DNA of 61,455 nucleotides, filler included, from Choristocarpus tenellus KU-1152 (Eukaryota > Protista > Phaeophyceae), in NCBI GenBank assembly GCA_964200185.2. It is 14 parts of 14 records of this genome, joined end to end, with 100 filler letters (N's around TTAATTAATTAA, not from the genome) between each part and the next. Parts side by side here need not be neighbours in the genome. Positions count along the whole stretch, not along the records: positions 1 to 4,963 come from CAXNAD020012354.1; positions 5,064 to 10,015 come from CAXNAD020012404.1; positions 10,116 to 14,346 come from CAXNAD020015568.1; positions 14,447 to 18,917 come from CAXNAD020014395.1; 10 more parts are not named here. One strand, written 5' to 3'. This document shows, piece after piece, positions 1 to 17,794 of this stretch (positions within the stretch are counted from its first letter, which is position 1; every line of letters begins with the position of its first letter). A model generated the notes under the pieces. The model made no database searches and was not told where the DNA came from. It saw only the letters and a list, made by a program, of their open reading frames with translations. The translations under genes were made by a program, and so were the position numbers.

Positions 1-232
1 GTAAAAAAGGAAGAAATAGGCTGAGTGGGGGGATAGGTGTCGTCCAGGTGTTCCTTGGGTTTTTGTGCTGAGGTGAGGGGTGCAGATGAACTATTCGTCT
101 TTGGCAAGGTCATTGTGCAGTTTTCTACATGGTGAGTTGGACTGGGGCCACAGTGGAAGGAAGGGGTGCCTGAAGTTGAAGAAGGTAGAAGCAAAGGGAA
201 AAGATATCTGAGACCAACAGGCAAGATAATCA

Positions 233-4819
<4,587 letters not shown>

Positions 4820-4963
4820 CTGCAAATGAAAATAACGAGCAGTTTGATCAAAACCATAACATGTATTGCATGCAACACAGTCCACCACACCACCAGATCA
4901 TGGGCCAAGGATTGACGGGGGGGGAGAGCGGGAAATGACAATTGGGTGGGGTAGGGTGGAGGA

Positions 4964-5063
4964 NNNNNNNNNNNNNNNNNNNNNNNNNNNNNNNNNNNNN
5001 NNNNNNNTTAATTAATTAANNNNNNNNNNNNNNNNNNNNNNNNNNNNNNNNNNNNNNNNNNNN
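4964..5063. other. Artificial contig linker (N~44-TTAATTAATTAA-N~44); 13 copies in window
   Basis: Same ~100-bp spacer, giving stops in all six frames, starts at about 4964, 10016, 14347, 18918, 22890, 27347, 31041, 35321, 39096, 42364, 48598, 55439 and 58308. Confidence 0.97.
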
Positions 5064-8000
5064 CACGAGGGGGAGGGGGAGGGGGAAGGGAGTTGCCCCC
5101 CTCTCTCACAGTGGCAGCCACCTTTGCAGCATAGGAATCCAGCTCTGAGGCTACAACATGGGCTCGCATCTCTGGCCACTCTGAGTGGTCAAGAACTGGC
5201 TCCCAGACCTGCTTTGGCTCATCTTTTTCCGTGAAAATAGAAGATCAAGGGATCAGGGCTTGCATTACAGTATTTACATGTTAATAAAGAGATTTGTGGG
5301 GCAGCATAATTTGGGATGTCGAGGGTGACCTTGTGACAAGTGGTGCAGTGTCTCAGGTGCTCATGAAGTGATGCAGAGACCTGGGCTAAATTTGTGGGTT
5401 TGAAAGTACTGTGTGACAAGGTGCGAGAAATGTGTGTAATGTTGAGGTTAAGTTGCAACTGTGACTGTGTATGTGTGTGTTTGGTGAGGGAGGGAATGGT
5501 GGCAGGGGTTTTAGAGTGGAATGTTTGTCTTTCCAGCTGGGAATGTTATCCAGAAAGATAATGTTCAGTCTATAGAAGTGTCTGAAACGAACTGGGGGAA
5601 GTAATGAGTTGATTGATGCTGTGTATGTAGTTCACAGGAGAGTGATGCCTTGAAATTTTTGAGGTTTGGAAAGTATTGACTTAAACACGAAAGGAAGTAC
5701 CACTTGCAGAGAGGGTGGGATATAGTGAGGAACTTTGATTGGCATGGCTGATGGACCATCAAGTTACTATACTTTGTAGTGGTAACCTCATGTGGAACTA
5801 TGGAATAATGCCAGGACGGGTAAGTCAGGAATATAGTCCAAAAGAGATGGGAAGTCCCAGTTACACTGATAGGATGGCTGATACGTCCGATTTATCCAAT
5901 ACTATGCAGTTGCTCGGCAACCTCCACTAACAGAAAAGATCAAAGCTTGTAAAAAGGTAGCCCGAAAATCTCAGGTAGGTAAATATGGACGCTGCTATTC
6001 CACCAGGATCACAAAAGAAAAAGGAAATTTCGTCAACCACATCCTCAACCTTAACATAATTGATATATGCTTTTAACTCTTGACACCACAGAAATGGTTG
6101 TTGAGTGACCACAGAGCACTCTTTCCTCAACACAAATTCCCACCATTTAGACCAGCACGGATTTCCTCCAGGCGCCTATTGTCCTCCCACACCGTTCCCA
6201 TTATTTCGCATTTTATTCCCCGAAGGGCAAGGAATCGTTGGTTGAACCGAGCTTTCATGGCATGCATCGATTCCTCCAGTAGGACCATCTCTTGTTGTTT
6301 CTTGTCCACGTTTAGCTGCGTTTCTTCTGGCACCTAGTGGGTAGAGATTGAGCTCTGAAATAAAATTGTTCATTGAAAATATCACGCTACATGCTGTTAG
6401 CTCACTCTTCCTTCTATGTACTGGACTCCACGAAGCATACAAGACGTGATTTTAGTTGATCTGGGAAAAGGGGAGATCGCAATTCAAGAACAGGCCCTAA
6501 AGTTTATTTTAATATCTGTCGAGTATCTAATATTCCAGGTACTACCATACTTCAAAGTAGAATGGAAGATCTTGCTCTTCATTATCAGCTATTTCCTCTT
6601 ACATTCACCTGACACCAATAAACAACAGTTAATATCCCTTTTGTCCATCCTTATCACCCTGTGTGTCTGTTAGCCTGAATCCCGTAGATCTAAGGAACTT
6701 CTTGGTCTACCCCCTAGAACATATACTCCCAAACTGTTGTTGGTGAGTAGCATCCATCCCTAGTCCTGCTGAATTGGGAGTATGATGCCAATATTGAGGC
6801 ATTAGGGGAAGTTACCTGGTGACCGAATCCTATGTGCTAAACGTGACATCTCTGATCCTATTCTATTGGTCTTGGTGTTGCTTTTGGTTCAATGCACCCT
6901 CCTATTCAGACTTTACCTCATAGTCTGGCGATGACTTGAGCTTGTAGTCGCCCATGTTTGCCTCCGCGAGGGCAATTGCCGCAACATCTCTGATTTATGG
7001 TTAATCACAATCAAAAGTGCAGGTGATGCAGTGGGGTTGGGGGTTGGGGGTTGAGAGGCAATGCTGTAAGGTAGTCCATACTGTGTTGCGCAAAACTCTA
7101 TAATAGCAAAGAAATCCACCAGGGGTCGTTTTATGATGGCCTGCTCTACAGACCAAGGTTGCATTGGATTGTACTTGATAATGAAACCTATTAGGAGCGT
7201 TTTCATATCTAGTTCGAGCCCCATTTGACTCCAGAGGATGAGATCATGGAAAATCAACTAGATATGCAGTATTTTCCTCAACTAGGTATGGTACAAACAG
7301 TAATGTTCATTTCACTCAACAGATATTGGATTCTTGACTGAATTTTTGTTGCTTCAGAGTTATAAGAACACCAGGTATTCCAAAATGCCCAAATCAATCT
7401 GAGTTTAGTTCCATGTACTCCAATACTTCAAGGGCTGCACTCTCTAATGTAGCTTTTTTCAAAGTTTTTTTCTGGCTACAAACGTCTTTATTCTATACAT
7501 ATTAAAATATTTTGACTTTAAGTATGAATATATCAGAAGCCATATTGAGTGATTGCATCCAGGTTTCTGGAGCTTCAGATCGCTATCCTGTCCCAAATGG
7601 CGTTTTCTTCCCACATTTGCGCCTTCCTTGTCAGTACTATGCAGTCATAAATTATTGGTACAAGCTAAGACCCAAAGTATCTGGGAGGTGGGGGCGAGTC
7701 TACACTAGGGTGTCCATTTGTGTCAAGATCAGGAAAAGTACATTTGCAGTAACCATCCGATGTATGCAACCAAATCACCCAAAAATCGCGACATGAAAAA
7801 TCGACCCCAAATGAACAGCCTCCACCCCCTCCCAGATACGTTGAGTCTAAATTTATAGTTTGTATGTGGTGCTCTGGTGGAACCAGAAGGATTGATTGCA
7901 TCAGTTTGTTAGGTATAAACCTTGTGTCAATGCAAAGGATAGATCCGATATGGTTTGGTGTAACTTAACCTCTCTAGTACTATGCCTCAAGTGCAACAAT

Positions 8001-9671
8001 TGTCCTTAGAGGTTATATCTTGTGGATTAGATCCACAACCTTGCACTGCTCCAATCATCTCGTTTCCTGCCTCCTTCCCACAGGTTATATACACTATAAT
8101 GCAGCACCAGGATTTGTTCAAATGGTCTTTGAAAAACAATATTTGGAAAAGATTCATAATGGCTCTTCCTGCCTCTACAACTCTCAACTTGATACCAAGC
8201 ACTCAATATCAGGCTCTTCGGACAGTTATTTATTTGGACGATACTATCCTAGAGGTGAGCGTGCTTTGCACAGATTGTCCATTCAGGGCTTCACGAGTTG
8301 TGTAAAATATCCCAGTTTGAGGCCTGTTGCACGTGTGACTTTCCTTCAGATTTGGTACAAGCAGGGGTATAGAAAAGGAAGTTGAACTCTGATTAAGGAA
8401 ATTGCCTCTAAATCTGATGGGTTCACTCATATGACATGAAAATTACTACAGGGTCACAAATGCCCCGAATGAATGCTTGACGCTTCCTCTACAATACCAT
8501 GGGCCTAAAATGCATAACAACACAAGAAAAGTTAGAAAACAAGCAAGCTATTTGACACTTTATACCCCACAGTACTGAGGTACACCATAGCCCTTGAGTG
8601 CCTATCAGAACTTCACATACCCACCATGCATACAGTCTTTTCTCCAGCCCAAACTCGAAACCAGTCCTTTTTCTCATCTCTACTTGCCTAGGGTCTTCAG
8701 CATCTTTTCCAGGCTTTGCCTCCACCAATTCCTTCAATGCAGCCTGCCTCCCATGCCTTTTGGCCTTGCGTGCCTCAAATGTAGACACCTTGATGGGATT
8801 AGGTTGCTCCATTGAAGCTGCTCCAATCTTGAGGCTGCCACCACTCCCAGCTCCAACTCCCTTGTCCCACTTTGCCTCTGTTCCTGCGACATCTAACCCA
8901 TCTGTTGCACTGTGGCCTCTCACAGCACAGCGATCACTATTGCCGTTTTTCACCTCTTGGCTATCTGTTTGATTTGAAGGATTCCGAACCTCGTTTACCT
9001 CGCTACCTTCTCCATCCCCCTTGAAAGATTTAGGAATCGGTTGGATGAAGTGAGTGCGGATAAAAGGGAAAGTAGGTGAGTCAAAGTGTATCTTAGAGGG
9101 TGGAGCCTCGTCCGTTTGGGGGTCAAAATCCAATGCTGCAATTTTGATGTAATTTTGGCTACGTGTTTGTTAGGAAATGCAAATATCCTTGTTCCAGACT
9201 TTCCTTTTCATAATGTATACATTTTCCTACTCCAAAACATTTCTGAGTAGGAAAAAATTCATAAAAAAAAAAAACTTGGGCAAACAGGGCAAGAAGACTC
9301 GTACCCTCTAAGATACTTTTACTCAGGTGTTGTGAAAGATGACAAGTTAACACAGGAGTGATTCGTGGAGATGAAGGGCAAGGAGAGATACTGTAGGTTT
9401 AGCAGTTGGTCAAGTGAAAAGGAAAAGAAAAAGAATCAGATATTACTTTAATGTTTCAAGTTGTAGGCACTCGAGGCAAATAATTCGTGCACATGAGAAA
9501 TGTCCCAACCCCTCATCCAATGCAAGGATGCAGTAGAATCACCTGTCCCCAGCACATCTGGCCTGATTGGCCTCTCCCAGAACCCAACTCCTCTGTTCTG
9601 ATCTGATTGTGGACCGCAGACAGTATCTTTTTCAGGGCTGGACTCATTGCAGCAATTCGAAAGGTGCTAAC
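5064..9671 (-). CDS. CFAP44: Cilia- and flagella-associated protein 44 (WDR52), internal exons (partial)
   Basis: Exons 9671-9543, 9019-8688, 6989-6917, 6333-6144 and 5222-contig end splice in frame to KPGKDAEDPR-DVAAIALAEANMGDYKLKSSPDYE-VPEETQLNVDKKQQEMVLLEESMHAMKARFNQRFLALR...VWEPVLDHSEWPE. This matches the conserved GDYKLK..PDY.VPE..EES...FN.RFLALR region of CFAP44, recognised from memory. Confidence 0.85.
7669..7847. mobile_element. MITE family B (poly-G/poly-C TIRs), complete copy in a CFAP44 intron
   Basis: Termini GACCCAAAGTATCTGGGAGG / CCTCCCAGATACGTTGAGTC. Interior (ATCAGGAAAAGT...CACCCAAAAATCGCGACATG) is shared with copies at 9858, 30983, 43480 and 47849. Flanked by TAA/TAA. Confidence 0.9.
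9078..9324. mobile_element. MITE family A (~250 bp), complete, 4-bp TSD AGGT
   Basis: TIRs GAGTCAAAG(TG)TATCTTAGAGGGT / ACCCTCTAAGATACTTTTACTC. AGGT at 9074-9077 and 9325-9328. Intronic in CFAP44. Confidence 0.93.
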
Positions 9672-9857
9672 CTAATATTTTGAACAGAAGAATAAGAGGA
9701 CAGAATGTGGGGGATTTTGTGTGCGTAAACTGCATGAGAGAGGTGATCAAAGTGAACTCACGATACGTAAACACTTTATCTTTTTTCTGTGAAATTTCCT
9801 ATGCTATTCGATTGGTGCAGTGGGAGCTACACTTTGATTTAGCACTTTCTGGAAAGT

Positions 9858-10015
9858 GACCCAAATTATCTGGGGGGGGGAGGGGATCTACAGCAAGGTG
9901 TCGATTTGGACCAAAATCAGGAAAAGTGCATTTACATTATCCATCCAACGTATGCAACCAATCACCCAAAAATCGCGACATGAAAAAATTGACCCCAAAT
10001 GGACAGCCACCCCCC
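9858..10015. mobile_element. MITE family B, truncated by contig end in poly-C
   Basis: GACCCAAATTATCTGGGGG terminus followed by the family B interior. Confidence 0.85.
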
Positions 10016-10342
10016 NNNNNNNNNNNNNNNNNNNNNNNNNNNNNNNNNNNNNNNNNNNNTTAATTAATTAANNNNNNNNNNNNNNNNNNNNNNNNNNNNN
10101 NNNNNNNNNNNNNNNCCCCCACCCTCCCCAAATCAAAAAAGAAAAAAACCCTTTCCCCTCTCCCACCCAAAAGGACACCCCTGGCCAACCCCCCCCCCCC
10201 CCCCCCCCCAACAAGATAGTTTGGGTCAACTATGCACTGCTGTACATGGAGTCACTTCCTTGTACACCATACTGTTGTGTCAAAATGACCCATGTGAAGA
10301 ACTCAGCTTTGCTCCAATTGCCAGATAATGGTTAAGGCAGGC

Positions 10343-11298
10343 TTAGAGGAATAACAACGAAAAGGCTGTGTTTCCAGGGTATGCATAGATGTCCACGACT
10401 GCGGAGTGCCCACCAACACATGTTATCTGTGAGCCTCAAGTTGGGGGCAGTGGACATAAAGGATGGATTCCAAACAGTGGGGGGCACAGACTTGAGTAGG
10501 TCAAACTTTTCGTTTGGATTTAGTCCTCTTCCCACATAACTCCGTAACACTCACTAATGGGTAACAGTGTGAGACAAACTTTGACTTCACTGTTTATGAC
10601 GGAATCCTGTCCCACTGAAGAGTAAAGGTAAAAAACACTTCAAATGCGGGAGTTTCATCTAGTTTGGCAAGAAAACTATTCTAGGATAAAATGGGGAGCA
10701 CAGAGAACGATCGTCCTTGAAACATTTAATCCACTGGACCTTTCTGCTTCACCTAAAAATCACTTGTACTTATTTGAGTATTTGTGAACTCAGTCTGACA
10801 CGAAATTGGGTTCCACTTGATCTTGTTGAAAGAAGTGGTCCTTGATTTCTTCACCTTTCATAGTGTAAACTTTTTTAGGGAGGAACTCTTCTCAACTGAA
10901 AATGTACAACAGACAGCATTCATTCTCCTGAACTGTGCCTCATCCTCTACAAGCTGAAACTCTTATTACAACTGTCACAATACAAATTGGTCTGCTCCTG
11001 CACACTTGATACAATTTTCTACCTCATACCGGCAAATGTGTGTAAAAACTCAAATTACTGGCCCTGTGGTGGGTGGTCACCTATCAAGTCTTCTTGTCCA
11101 AACTGGGCAATCCGTAGCCAGAGCACTACTCAGTCATGTCGCCTTCACACCAAACAATTAACCTTACCTTATCCAGCCCATTAAACTCTTTCAAAATTCT
11201 TGAAGTCCATCATGCACAATATTTCAACCGTATGCTGGAACAAAACCTACATCCTGCCTGTAGATACTTGGGAGTACACACACACACACACACACACC

Positions 11299-11332
<34 letters not shown>

Positions 11333-14143
11333 AGTGAAGCATCCTGACAACAACAGGGCAAACAGAAAGGACACTTGCAACCGACACGTAGCTGTCACAC
11401 CGACACAATGACCAACATGCCTTGTTGAGCCAACACAGTCCCTTCACCCTGCAAACTCCCCCGTCACAACATCATAATTCAGCCGCAGACCAGCAAAAAA
11501 CACCACTACGAGGAGCATAAAAAAGCAATGGCTACTGGTGATGAATGGGTATGTAAATGCTGAAATCACCATTCACCATGTGACTAAACCCCTCAGAAAG
11601 CACTCACCCCAGCATGTGGACCTGCAGAGTTCACTGCAAGCGCATAAACTGACTTCGCTGTTGCTGGCGTGCGTGTCCTGAGCTCAAGCTGGCTCCATGA
11701 GTGATAGCTCACATACTTCTCTGCTCCCCCCAAAATTAGGCCATCTTCGTTGCTCACCATACACTGAACCTGTCAAGGAGACGCATGACAGCAAATGGAT
11801 CGAGACCAATCAATAAACTGCAACCACTCTCTACAAGAAATTATTGGTTCCATTTTCAGGTATACCTCGCTCATCACAAAAAAAAGGATCAACTTTTTTT
11901 TCTTTTTTTTCTTTTTTGCTGAATTGTGCGGTGGGAGAGGTCAAAGGCTTCCTTCACTCACGTGCCTCAAGCACAAGCCAGTTGAAAAACGAGGGGTGCA
12001 AGGGAGAAACTGTTGCCTTCAAAACATCATCGGAATACATGTTCAGATCTCTCTGGAGTGCTTTCGACTGGTCTTGTGGAACGAACCCACTTCTGCAGGG
12101 TGTAATGGTCTCTCAAGCATGATTGAGTCCCTTGCATGTTGCACCCAATGTACCGTACCACCCAATTCGTATACCCTGTCAAGCTCTACTCAATCAGCTC
12201 ATCACATCGAGCTTGTAGCAAGCTTTCCACAAGTTACAGACATGCCGCTCAAGCTTACTGCAAATCAGCAACCACTTTCACTTGGTTCTCTGGCGAAGCT
12301 GGTCCAGGCCTAGACCACTGTCACACTACCTCTTACTGATTTCCCTCTGCAGGATGTACACACCACCATAGAGTATATGAAGTATTGAGTCTCCTCAAAT
12401 GACTATAGTTGAAGGGGTGATGATAATTTCCAGAAGTCGATTTTATTTGCCATCAGACCAGGACTGGTGGCAATAGCGAAGAGGCGTGCTGATTGCAGGA
12501 CACAAAATACTGAAATACAATGGGTACCACTGTAGACACAGGTCTATGATATGCTACAAACAGTTAGCGCACCAAACATGAGAGTAGGGTACAGAAATTG
12601 CCACTTGATTGAACTTGACATGCGACAATGTACTTCAACCAGTACCAACGCCAACATTAACAAAATAATAAAAGATCTGGATGGGAGGAGGACTAATTGC
12701 AGGCATGCCATGAATCCCTCCGAACCTTTAACCTATGGCAATGAAAGTCACACGAAGTGCTTGGGAGTATGCATGTATAGATCGATCTAGGAGAAGTTGA
12801 GCAAGGCAGAAAAAAGAACAGTATACTTCCAATGGATTCCGGACAAGATCACCAAATTTCCGTCAAAAGAATAGTAGCTTCTCGGATAGTGAGGACTTTC
12901 ACTATCCATTGACTAGCGGTAAGAACTCTTTCCCCCCTTTTGAGAGCACTCATGTCAAAGGTCTCGGCGCCCACAAGACACCTTCGAAACACTCCCAACC
13001 AGGTAGGTAAGATAAGATAGAAGGCTTGGCCATGAAGAGATCGAAAAAACAGAGTGTTGCAAGATTCAACTGTAGTTTGGCTTCTCACGGAGTCCCTCGC
13101 TAGACGTTGGGAGGGGATCTTGCCCTGTAACACTGCATGGTGTTTCACTTTGGGCAATGCAAGAGGAAAAATGTGATTCGCACCAATGGATAGTTCCATT
13201 AAAGCTAGGGACCAGATACCATCCACTTTAAAGTACACACAGAAATCAGTATAATAAAGTTAGGTAGTTTGTTCAGCAGCATGTTGTTAAATCATTATAG
13301 ATATTAGTTAGTGAAACACGGAGTCGAAGTATCTTAGGGTTAGGGTAGAGCCGCGTCCTTTTGGGGGCCAAAATCCAATGCTGCAATTTCGATGTATGGT
13401 TTGGCTATCGTGATCATTACGAAGTGTCAATATCCTTGCTCCGGACACACCTTTTCATAACGTATATACATTTTACCTACTCCAAAACATTTTGGAGTAG
13501 GAAAATGTCATTAAAAACTCATGGGAAGCCAAGCCCCAAATGGACATATAGGGCAAAACTTGTACCCTCCAAGTTACTTTCACTCACAACTCGGTCAAAC
13601 TTTCATCCACACAGTATGGCACATGATACGCGTTTTCGAGCAAAAGCAAGAAAAGCACGAACCATGCTTTCATGCAGCCTGCTCGATTTGAAGGCCTCGC
13701 GCACCTCCTCAGCAACTAAAATACAAGCGCCAGAATTAAACCATGTCCTATGGGTTTCCTTTTTTCTCACAGCCATGCCTTTACCACTTACCTGCTTGTT
13801 GCCATGGCATAAAACCCTTAGCATTCTTGAGAGCAATGATGCAGGGGTCTACTAGGTCCACATTCTATCCTCGTACCACTCAGGAAGTACAAGATGGCAA
13901 GATGTTCTCTGGACAACAGCACAAAGCCCCCTTACCCAACAAGACTTTATCACAATCCACACATGTAGTCACAGACACACACACCTGTGCTGGTGCAGTG
14001 CTGGCGCTCGTGACTGTCCGGGTGGGGAGATGCCATAACCCAAGCCAACCACCACTGTGCCAACCTCTTCCGCCTCCTCCCCTTCCCCCAACCTCCCCAG
14101 ACAATCCTCCAGCGCAAGCCACAAACTCGCCTTTGGCATCGGT
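10343..14143 (-). CDS. THOC6: THO complex subunit 6 (WD40), last three exons
   Basis: Phase-0 GT-AG exons 14143-13985 (EFVACAGG...WLGLWHLPTRTVTS), 11769-11608 (GLILGGAEKYVSYHSW...SVYALAVN) and 10426-10343 (ITCVGGHSAVVDIYAYPGNTAFSLLFL*). These resemble the THOC6 motifs WMVCGGG..LTLWHL and C-terminal VDVF..LGYRAFSL.F. Confidence 0.8.
11276..11330. repeat. (CA)n microsatellite
   Basis: Interrupted CA run in a THOC6 intron. Confidence 0.95.
13321..13585. mobile_element. MITE family A, complete, in a THOC6 intron
   Basis: GAGTCGAAGTATCTTAGGG...ACCCTCCAAGTTACTTTCACTC, with internal hairpin CATTTTACCTACTCCAAAA-CA-TTTTGGAGTAGGAAAATG. Confidence 0.92.
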
Positions 14144-14446
14144 CTGCCCAGTGGAGTGGAAATAAGGAGGAGATGCACGCATTCAACAGAAAGGGATATG
14201 AATCAAAATTGGCAATGCAACGGAAGCATATACAGGAAAGGAGAGGGGAAGGGTTTCAAAAGACACGCGTACCTTGCTTTACATGGACCATCGTCTAGGA
14301 CGGGGCAAATCTTTGGGGGGGAACAGGTCAGGGGGGGGGGGACAGGNNNNNNNNNNNNNNNNNNNNNNNNNNNNNNNNNNNNNNNNNNNNTTAATTAATT
14401 AANNNNNNNNNNNNNNNNNNNNNNNNNNNNNNNNNNNNNNNNNNNN

Positions 14447-14517
14447 TGTTCTACATAATGAGGAAATAATCGAGTTATTTACACACACAAGTCTTGGGAA
14501 CACCAGTTTCTTTAACA
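14447..14517 (+). repeat. Dispersed ~70-bp repeat ending TTAACA (probable LTR 3' end); second copy 19044-19114
   Basis: TGTTCTACATAATGAGGAAA(T/C)AATCGAGTTATTTACA...TTTCTTTAACA lies near the start of two contigs, and similarity stops right after ...AACA. Confidence 0.6.
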
Positions 14518-14519
14518 GA

Positions 14520-17500
14520 TGGGCCTCGGACGTAGGAGTGAACCTCCAGATAGGCGATCACAGGAGCTTCATGTGGAAGATCTATCCGCACTGCCACCAC
14601 GAAAAGGCTGAATCCATTTCGATAGGAAAGAGTGTGGCGGCCAGTAGGTCGCATGTGCCCAACATTCTCGACATATTCCACTGAATGGTGTCCTGGGTCG
14701 CCGCTATCCTGGAGTATAGGCGCGACTTCAGTTGCGACAGGTCCTGCCCTTACATCAATGAAATGGAAGAGGACTCTGATCGTCGCACGCGCATGGCGAT
14801 ATTGGTCACCAAGTGCAACCAGTACTGTCTAGGTGACGCAGACTTCCGGAGTGATGACGCCACATTACAGACGGCTTTTAAGAGGAGGGTAGCTGCCAAG
14901 ATAAAGGCATTCCTTAAAGAAGCTTGGGAGGACACACATATGGAAGCCGGGGTGAATAGACTCACAGACCAGACCTCCATCCAATTCTTCAACGCAATCT
15001 CCAACCTTGTCTACATATGCGCGGGAGAAGGTGAGATTCTCACGGCTCCTTGAACAGGAAACGTTTCGTAAAACGATTGTGAAGCACCGCTTACCTTTCG
15101 TCTAATATATCCATATCAATTCCGCGTCGGTCGTCTAACATACCCCACCCCTCTCTTCCCCTCGCTATGCTCCACCAGAGACAGACGAACTGGAGGAGAT
15201 CCTTCTCGGTGTGTGGAGAGAGCGCAAGAAGCGCGAGGGATCGAGTGTAAGCGTGATGCACCTGTATTAACATTAGTACATGAAATACCCCATCACCGAC
15301 AGTCCAAAAACAGTGTAGTAACCCCTGCCTTCCAATACTCTGAGTTTGAATGGACGTTTCACACATGTGTAATGCTATTGACCGTATGACACACACCATC
15401 AACCAACAAACCCGCTCCCACTCCCACATTCTTCTGTCCTGATCATATCCTTATCCTCCACTCACCCAACGTGCACTCGACCAGGACAAATTCGACTTCA
15501 GAGCGGTTCACATGTTCACTGTGCTGTGGAATGCCAACCCGGACGCCACCATGGATTCCCTTAAGAACACCGGGGGGTTCACGCACATGTACAGGTTGAA
15601 GGTGGGATAAACGTTCCCAACCATTTTGTCTCCACTCGATGTCGCCACACTTGACATAGGGCAGACAGTAATGAAGGATTTGACGTGTTCTGACGAACGG
15701 TAGAGCGATCAATTTCCAGCGATCCCCATGCCCGTAAGGTCCCGATGCGCTACACGCATCCCCTGCTTTTCCCTCCCTGGCAGATACACTGCCAATTTTA
15801 ATTCCTCGACATCCTCAAAGCTCGTTCTTTACGGGTATCCTAACCGCACTCTGTCGCACATTTGATGTACTTGTAGCTCACGGACGAGGTCAAGGAGCAC
15901 TATTTCGCTAGAATGTGCACTGATGTTCTCGCTGGAGTCGGACTATCTACCCTGAGAGGGGAGACTCCCCAAGGTCATCGATGGCACGACATTGTCGAAG
16001 TGGCTGCGCACGTCTTCTCAGAGCAGGCAGCCAAAAAACTGCCTACTGACGCGCTCGTGTTGACGTATGTTGTCAGGACAGAGAAATTTCCAGAGGAATG
16101 GGTAAGTCAATTTTGACCGTGACGATTCAAGTAACGTATGGATATATATGCGCATACCCCCCTCCTGACCCTGTAACAGCCGCAATATTTACCACCTAGT
16201 TCATACCCCGCAAGACAGACACCCGTGTCATCGATGTCACCCACCATCCCAGCACCCATGTGCTTCTCCACGATAGTTCTCCCACACTCTTAGGGGCGTC
16301 CGGAACAAACGACCCTCAGCCGACCAAGACAAAGGAAAGAAGAAGACAAGAGGAAAGGGGAAGAAAAATGGACTAGGAGTTGGCGATCCAGACCCGGCGT
16401 CTGCCACCAAGGCGGAGAAGAATTGAGAAGCACAACCCTGGAGGGTGCAGTTGGCATACCTGAGACGTATGCACACCAGGAACGTACTCATCAAGGGGGC
16501 CGTCCTGGATGTCGCAGTTCAGGTTATGAAGGACCTGAAAGAGAAGGACAGGCTCGGGATAGACTCCTACGCCGACAACTCACCAGGAGAGTCTGCAGCA
16601 GAGGGTCCTCCTACCAAGAAATACATCCTAAGCGACAAGGTACTCAATTTATTAGTTCATCACTTCATCTATCCACCGCATTTAAGTTCGTCGTGTAAAG
16701 CCATCTCACAATAAACGCCCTGATTGAGCACATTATTCTACCCCATAAATTCCACAGGTGAAAAGAGATCTCGTGTTGATGCAGGATGTGGAGGAGGGCA
16801 CAAAATACCTGGACATCATCAAATACTCTGCGGGCGTTACCCTGAACACCGGTGACGAACGCACAGGCGAGCAATTGCATCATTGTACGACATCGCCATA
16901 GGTTAACATCCAAACACCCTTCCCTACACCAAACACACAACCTAGACTCTCTTCCATCCTATCAACACTCGACAGTTACACAATGAACGTTGTCACAGGG
17001 TTCTCCGGTTCTTTCAAAGGTTGTGAAGTTGCTCGTCATACACACTGTGTCGTACTTTGCCTGTGTTGTACCGATCGACAAAACCCGGCAAAAGGAGAGA
17101 AATTATGTCACGGTTACATGCTAGTCCTGTACGCTTCCTATTCACCCTTTGTTACCAGCCCTATTCATCCCCCTGACCTGGGGCTCGCATAATCGGCATA
17201 CCTTCAAAGAACCGCCACTACTCTGGTCAATCTATCCTTTCCGCAGCCCCTACATCCTCCTCTGCATCCTGCCCCGCGTACTCCTTCTCACGAACCTCTA
17301 TCTCATCCCTTGCCTCCTAACACTAACAACTCCTCCCGTCGTTTTTAACCCCACTTCGCCACGACCTTTGCCGCTCCTCCGCCATCACAAAGATAACACG
17401 TGTCACAAACATTTTGATCACGCCAGAGAACCTATTGACGTCCGAGCACGACCTCGAAAAGTTCAAGTCCGAGACCAACTCAGCTCACGAGAGAGAAGTC

Positions 17501-17731
17501 GCCCTTCTCCAGACACGACCGAGAGGCCTGGTCATCACATGCACCGCCCTCTGGGACAACCTCGACCCGGATCTTATCAAACTCCTGCAGGACGAGCTCT
17601 CCACATTGACCAATTTTGCACTGGTGAAGACACCGGTAGATGGTGGTGTATCCACCAGCATACCTTGTGGAGACCCGACACACCAGGTGCTCGAGAGGAG
17701 CAAGATAACCCATCACCGAGCCCTGCAGTAG
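14520..17731 (+). pseudogene. Multi-exon orphan gene, probably decayed and TE-borne; product unknown
   Basis: Successive GT-AG-bounded coding-like segments: ...AISNLVYICAGE | ...ELEEILLGVWRERKKREG | DKFDFRAVHMFTVLW... | LTDEVKEHYFARMC...KFPEEW | FSHTLRG...KAEKN*EAQPWRVQLAY...ILSDK | VKRDLVLMQD... | ITRVTNILITPENL.... One in-frame TGA at ~16423 and a probable frameshift. Confidence 0.55.
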
Positions 17732-17794
17732 GTACGGGAAGCAGGAGTCTAGAAAGGGGGAGGCATACAATCACAACCTTGGAACACGACTCTG

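Noticed and set aside
13334-13345. TTAGGGTTAGGG telomere-like motif
   Set aside because: Only two units, explained by a small duplication inside the MITE TIR.
11795-13855. Several 100-170-aa ORFs
   Set aside because: They lie in THOC6 introns or overlap a MITE, and show no recognisable motifs.
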